Positions 61,406 through 64,000 of a DNA stretch of 64,000 nucleotides are shown one piece after another (within the stretch, counting starts at the first letter, position 1; each line of letters starts with the position of its first letter). Origin of the DNA: Lingula anatina (taxonomy: Eukaryota; Animalia; Brachiopoda); assembly GCA_051362555.1 (NCBI GenBank), contig CM120640.1, positions 28,110,503-28,174,502 of the forward strand. The letters run 5' to 3'. Made by a program: the position numbers and the translations under genes. The notes under the pieces are model-generated. The model saw only the letters and a list, made by a program, of their open reading frames with translations, searched no databases and was not told the origin of the DNA.

Positions 61406-63459
61406 AGGTGAGACATAAATTTCAAGCTGGTAGATTGCATTTGTTTGTAGATGAATGGAGAAAATTGACCAGTGACCCATATATCTTGGATATAGTACAA
61501 AATTGTCATATAAATGTTGATACCAACATTGGATTTCAAAACTTAAATGATATGGTGAAATATAGGTTTAACACAGAAGAAACAATTATAATCAGGAAAG
61601 AAATTTCTAAACTACTTGATCTTGGTGTTATTAAGAAAGTTCAAAGTGTACCGGGGCAGTTTTTGTCTCCTATTTTTGTACGCCCTAAAAAGAATGGAGA
61701 ATACAGAATGATATTAAATCTTAAGAAGCTGAATCAACACATTCCCTATGAACATTTTAAAATGGACACTTTTGAAAAGGCATTGACCTTAGTGACAAAA
61801 GGATGCTTCCTAGCATCAATTGATATAAAGCATGCATATTATAGTGTGAAAATAGCAGAAGAACAGCAAATTCTTTTTCGATTTGTTTGGGAAGGAAATA
61901 TCTATCAATACACATGCCTTGCAAATGGCGTTTCTGAAGGGCCCAAAATATTTACGAAATTATTAAAGCCTGTATATGCAAAATTGAGAAGTCTTGGCCA
62001 TTCTAGTTCAGGATTTATTGATGACAGTTTATTGTGTTCAGATAATTACCTTGAATGTGTTGAAAATATAAGATGCACAAAACATCTAATGGAAACACTT
62101 GGTTTTATAATCAATGCAGAAAAGTCTGTCCTTATTCCCCAACAATCATTGTTGTTTTTGGGAAATATAATTGATTCTGAAAGTATGACGGTGACTTTAC
62201 CTAAAGATAAAATGGATCACATTGTACAGCAGTGTAAAATGCTTATCATTAAAACAGAAGCAAAAGTAAGACTAGTAGCTAAAGTGATTGGAATTATAGT
62301 TTCAACATTCTCAGCTGTTGAATATGGTAAACTCCATTATAGAGAACTTGAAAAGCAGAAGATAAGTGCTTTAAAAAGCAACAATGGAAATTATGATGCT
62401 ATGATGCACATTACAATAAGTATGAAGCAAGAATTACAATGGTGGATGGAAAATGTCCACTTGCAAAGAAGGAAAATTGACAAAGGAAATGTTGACATTA
62501 TATTGTATACTGATGCATCCAAATTAGGCTGGGGTGCTCATTTGGAGGGTCAAAAAATTGGTGGTAGATGGTTTCCAGAAGAAGCTAACCTTCATATAAA
62601 TGCTTTAGAGTTACTAGCAATATTATATGCATTGCAGTCTTTTACATTTAGATTTGAAAATAAACATGTAAAGATCATGAGTGATAATATTACAGCATGT
62701 GACTATATTCAGAATATGGGTGGAATTAAATCTTATGATTGCAATAACATAGCAAAAAAGATTTGGCATTGGTGTATCGAGAAAAATGTTTGGCTCACCT
62801 GTGTCCATGTGCCAGGGAAAGATAATGTAGATGCTGATGATGCTTCTAGGAAGTTTAATGAACGTTTAGAATGGAAGTTGAATGAGAATGTATTTCAAAA
62901 GATATGTGAAAAATTTGGAAATCCATTTATTGATCTTTTTGCCTCTAGATTAAATGCGCAAGTTGAAAGATATTGTTCATGGCAGGCAGACCCCTTTGCT
63001 TGGGGTATTAATGCATTTACTTATGATTGGGGAACACTGAATTATGTTTATCTGTTTCCACCTTTCAGTTTGCTGGGTCATTGTATCCAGAAGATTCGCA
63101 AAGACAAAGCCAGGGGTATTATAGTGGCTCCTGTATGGCCAACACAGATATGGTTTGCAAAGTTGATGGAATTACTTGTGGAAAACCCAATAGTCATTCA
63201 AAAGAAAAAAGGTCTGCTAACTTTACCAGGGAACAAGCTCCCAGTGGAACATCCTCTTATGGACAAGTTGAAACTCATTGTATGCAAAGTATCAGGGAAC
63301 AGTTTAGAGAATGAGGCCTTTCTGAGCAATCAACCCACATACTTATGTCATCTTGGCGTACAGGGACAAAGAAACAATACAACGTGTTCATTAAACGCTG
63401 GTTCAAATACTGTGGTGAAAGGAAAATTAATTCAATTTCACCACATGTGGAAGAGGTGA
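61369..63459 (+). CDS. DIRS ORF2: reverse transcriptase - RNase H - N6-adenine methyltransferase-like domain (696 aa)
   Basis: QAGRL...W, SPIFVRPKKNGEYRMILNLKKLN, SIDIKHAYY, GFIDD (RT); YTDASKLGWGA, HINALEL, SDN, HVPGKDNVDADDASR (RNase H); IDLFASRLN and YLFPPF (MT-like). Confidence 0.95.
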   Translation: MAKQPVGSEQILEVRHKFQAGRLHLFVDEWRKLTSDPYILDIVQNCHINVDTNIGFQNLNDMVKYRFNTEETIIIRKEISKLLDLGVIKKVQSVPGQFLSPIFVRPKKNGEYRMILNLKKLNQHIPYEHFKMDTFEKALTLVTKGCFLASIDIKHAYYSVKIAEEQQILFRFVWEGNIYQYTCLANGVSEGPKIFTKLLKPVYAKLRSLGHSSSGFIDDSLLCSDNYLECVENIRCTKHLMETLGFIINAEKSVLIPQQSLLFLGNIIDSESMTVTLPKDKMDHIVQQCKMLIIKTEAKVRLVAKVIGIIVSTFSAVEYGKLHYRELEKQKISALKSNNGNYDAMMHITISMKQELQWWMENVHLQRRKIDKGNVDIILYTDASKLGWGAHLEGQKIGGRWFPEEANLHINALELLAILYALQSFTFRFENKHVKIMSDNITACDYIQNMGGIKSYDCNNIAKKIWHWCIEKNVWLTCVHVPGKDNVDADDASRKFNERLEWKLNENVFQKICEKFGNPFIDLFASRLNAQVERYCSWQADPFAWGINAFTYDWGTLNYVYLFPPFSLLGHCIQKIRKDKARGIIVAPVWPTQIWFAKLMELLVENPIVIQKKKGLLTLPGNKLPVEHPLMDKLKLIVCKVSGNSLENEAFLSNQPTYLCHLGVQGQRNNTTCSLNAGSNTVVKGKLIQFHHMWKR

Positions 63460-64000
63460 TAGAATTTCTTACAAAACAGTTTAATGATGGCTTAGCTTAT
63501 GACAGTTTAAATACAGCAAGAGGTTCTATTTCATCAATGGGTATTCAAATTGATGGAGTTTCAGCAGGGAGTCATCCATTGGTGATAAGATATATGAAAG
63601 GCATTTATAATTTGAGGCCACCAAGACAACGTTATGCTCAAATTTGGGATGTTAATAAAGTTCTGGTTTTCTTAAGGAAACTTTCACCAGTAAAGCACTT
63701 GACTTTGAAGGATCTGACTTTAAAACTTACAATGCTCATGGCATTAATTAATGCCACACGTGTACAAACATTGCATTTAATTTCTGTTGTTGATATGAAA
63801 AAGTTGAGTTCAGAGTTTGTGTTTCAGTTATGTGGTTTACTGAAGCAAAGTAGACCAGGTTGTAATTCATCACATATTGTGTTTAAAGCTTACCCTCCAG
63901 ATAGGAGGTTGTGTGTTTATACTGTTTTAAAAGAGTATATAGCTCGTACAAAGACATTGCGTAGGCATAATGTTGATAAAAATTTGCTTATAAGTTATAT
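63345..64000 (+). CDS. DIRS ORF3, tyrosine recombinase (partial, open to window end)
   Basis: Own translation: MSSWRTGTKKQYNVFIKRWFKYC...LNTARGSIS...GSHPLVIRYMKGIYNLRPPRQRYAQIWDVNKVL...LTLKLTMLMALINATRVQTL...LLKQSRPG...AYPPDRRLCVYTVLKEYIART; overlaps the 3' end of ORF2. Absent from the ORF track because it has no stop in the window. Confidence 0.92.
   Translation, partial: MSSWRTGTKKQYNVFIKRWFKYCGERKINSISPHVEEVIEFLTKQFNDGLAYDSLNTARGSISSMGIQIDGVSAGSHPLVIRYMKGIYNLRPPRQRYAQIWDVNKVLVFLRKLSPVKHLTLKDLTLKLTMLMALINATRVQTLHLISVVDMKKLSSEFVFQLCGLLKQSRPGCNSSHIVFKAYPPDRRLCVYTVLKEYIARTKTLRRHNVDKNLLISY

Larger units (their letters stand above)
60012..64000 (+). mobile_element. DIRS1-like tyrosine-recombinase retrotransposon, sense orientation in an AGTPBP1 intron, truncated by window end; left boundary approximate
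   Basis: Overlapping gag-like, RT-RNaseH-methyltransferase and YR ORFs in DIRS1 order, no protease or DDE integrase; CpG-rich leader starting near 60012. Confidence 0.93.

Noticed and set aside
62930-63070. Methyltransferase motifs as bacterial or phage contamination / HGT
   Set aside because: The domain is fused to RT-RNase H, a standard part of DIRS1-like elements.

Overview
AT-rich, intron-rich animal genomic DNA; the gene sequences and repeat types suggest a lophotrochozoan, probably a mollusc (inference). Four host genes were assembled by hand exon by exon, with splice phases checked: SHPRH (- strand, 23 coding exons, runs off the left edge), akirin (+, complete, 183 aa, head-to-head with SHPRH), myosin VI (+, complete, 29 core exons, 1254 aa, one GC-AG intron, two candidate microexons) and cytosolic carboxypeptidase 1 / AGTPBP1-like (+, N-terminal ~750 aa, runs off the right edge). 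The introns hold several mobile elements: a 2.45-kb non-autonomous CCC...GGG element with two different palindrome-built tandem arrays, two near-identical Helentron-associated (HINE/DINE-like) elements carrying a 146-bp satellite (15 vs 9 units), five PIF/Harbinger-type MITEs, and a nearly intact DIRS1-like tyrosine-recombinase retrotransposon truncated by the window end. I found no CRISPR array, tRNA or rRNA, and no convincing evidence of a wholly new system. The best leads are the DIRS expression signals (in-phase -1 slippery site, a post-gag splice donor, a CpG-type stop in the YR frame), the asymmetric palindromic-array transposon, the satellite-bearing Helentrons carrying DR1 motifs, and the myosin VI microexons. 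All assignments are by motif recognition; no database search was run.
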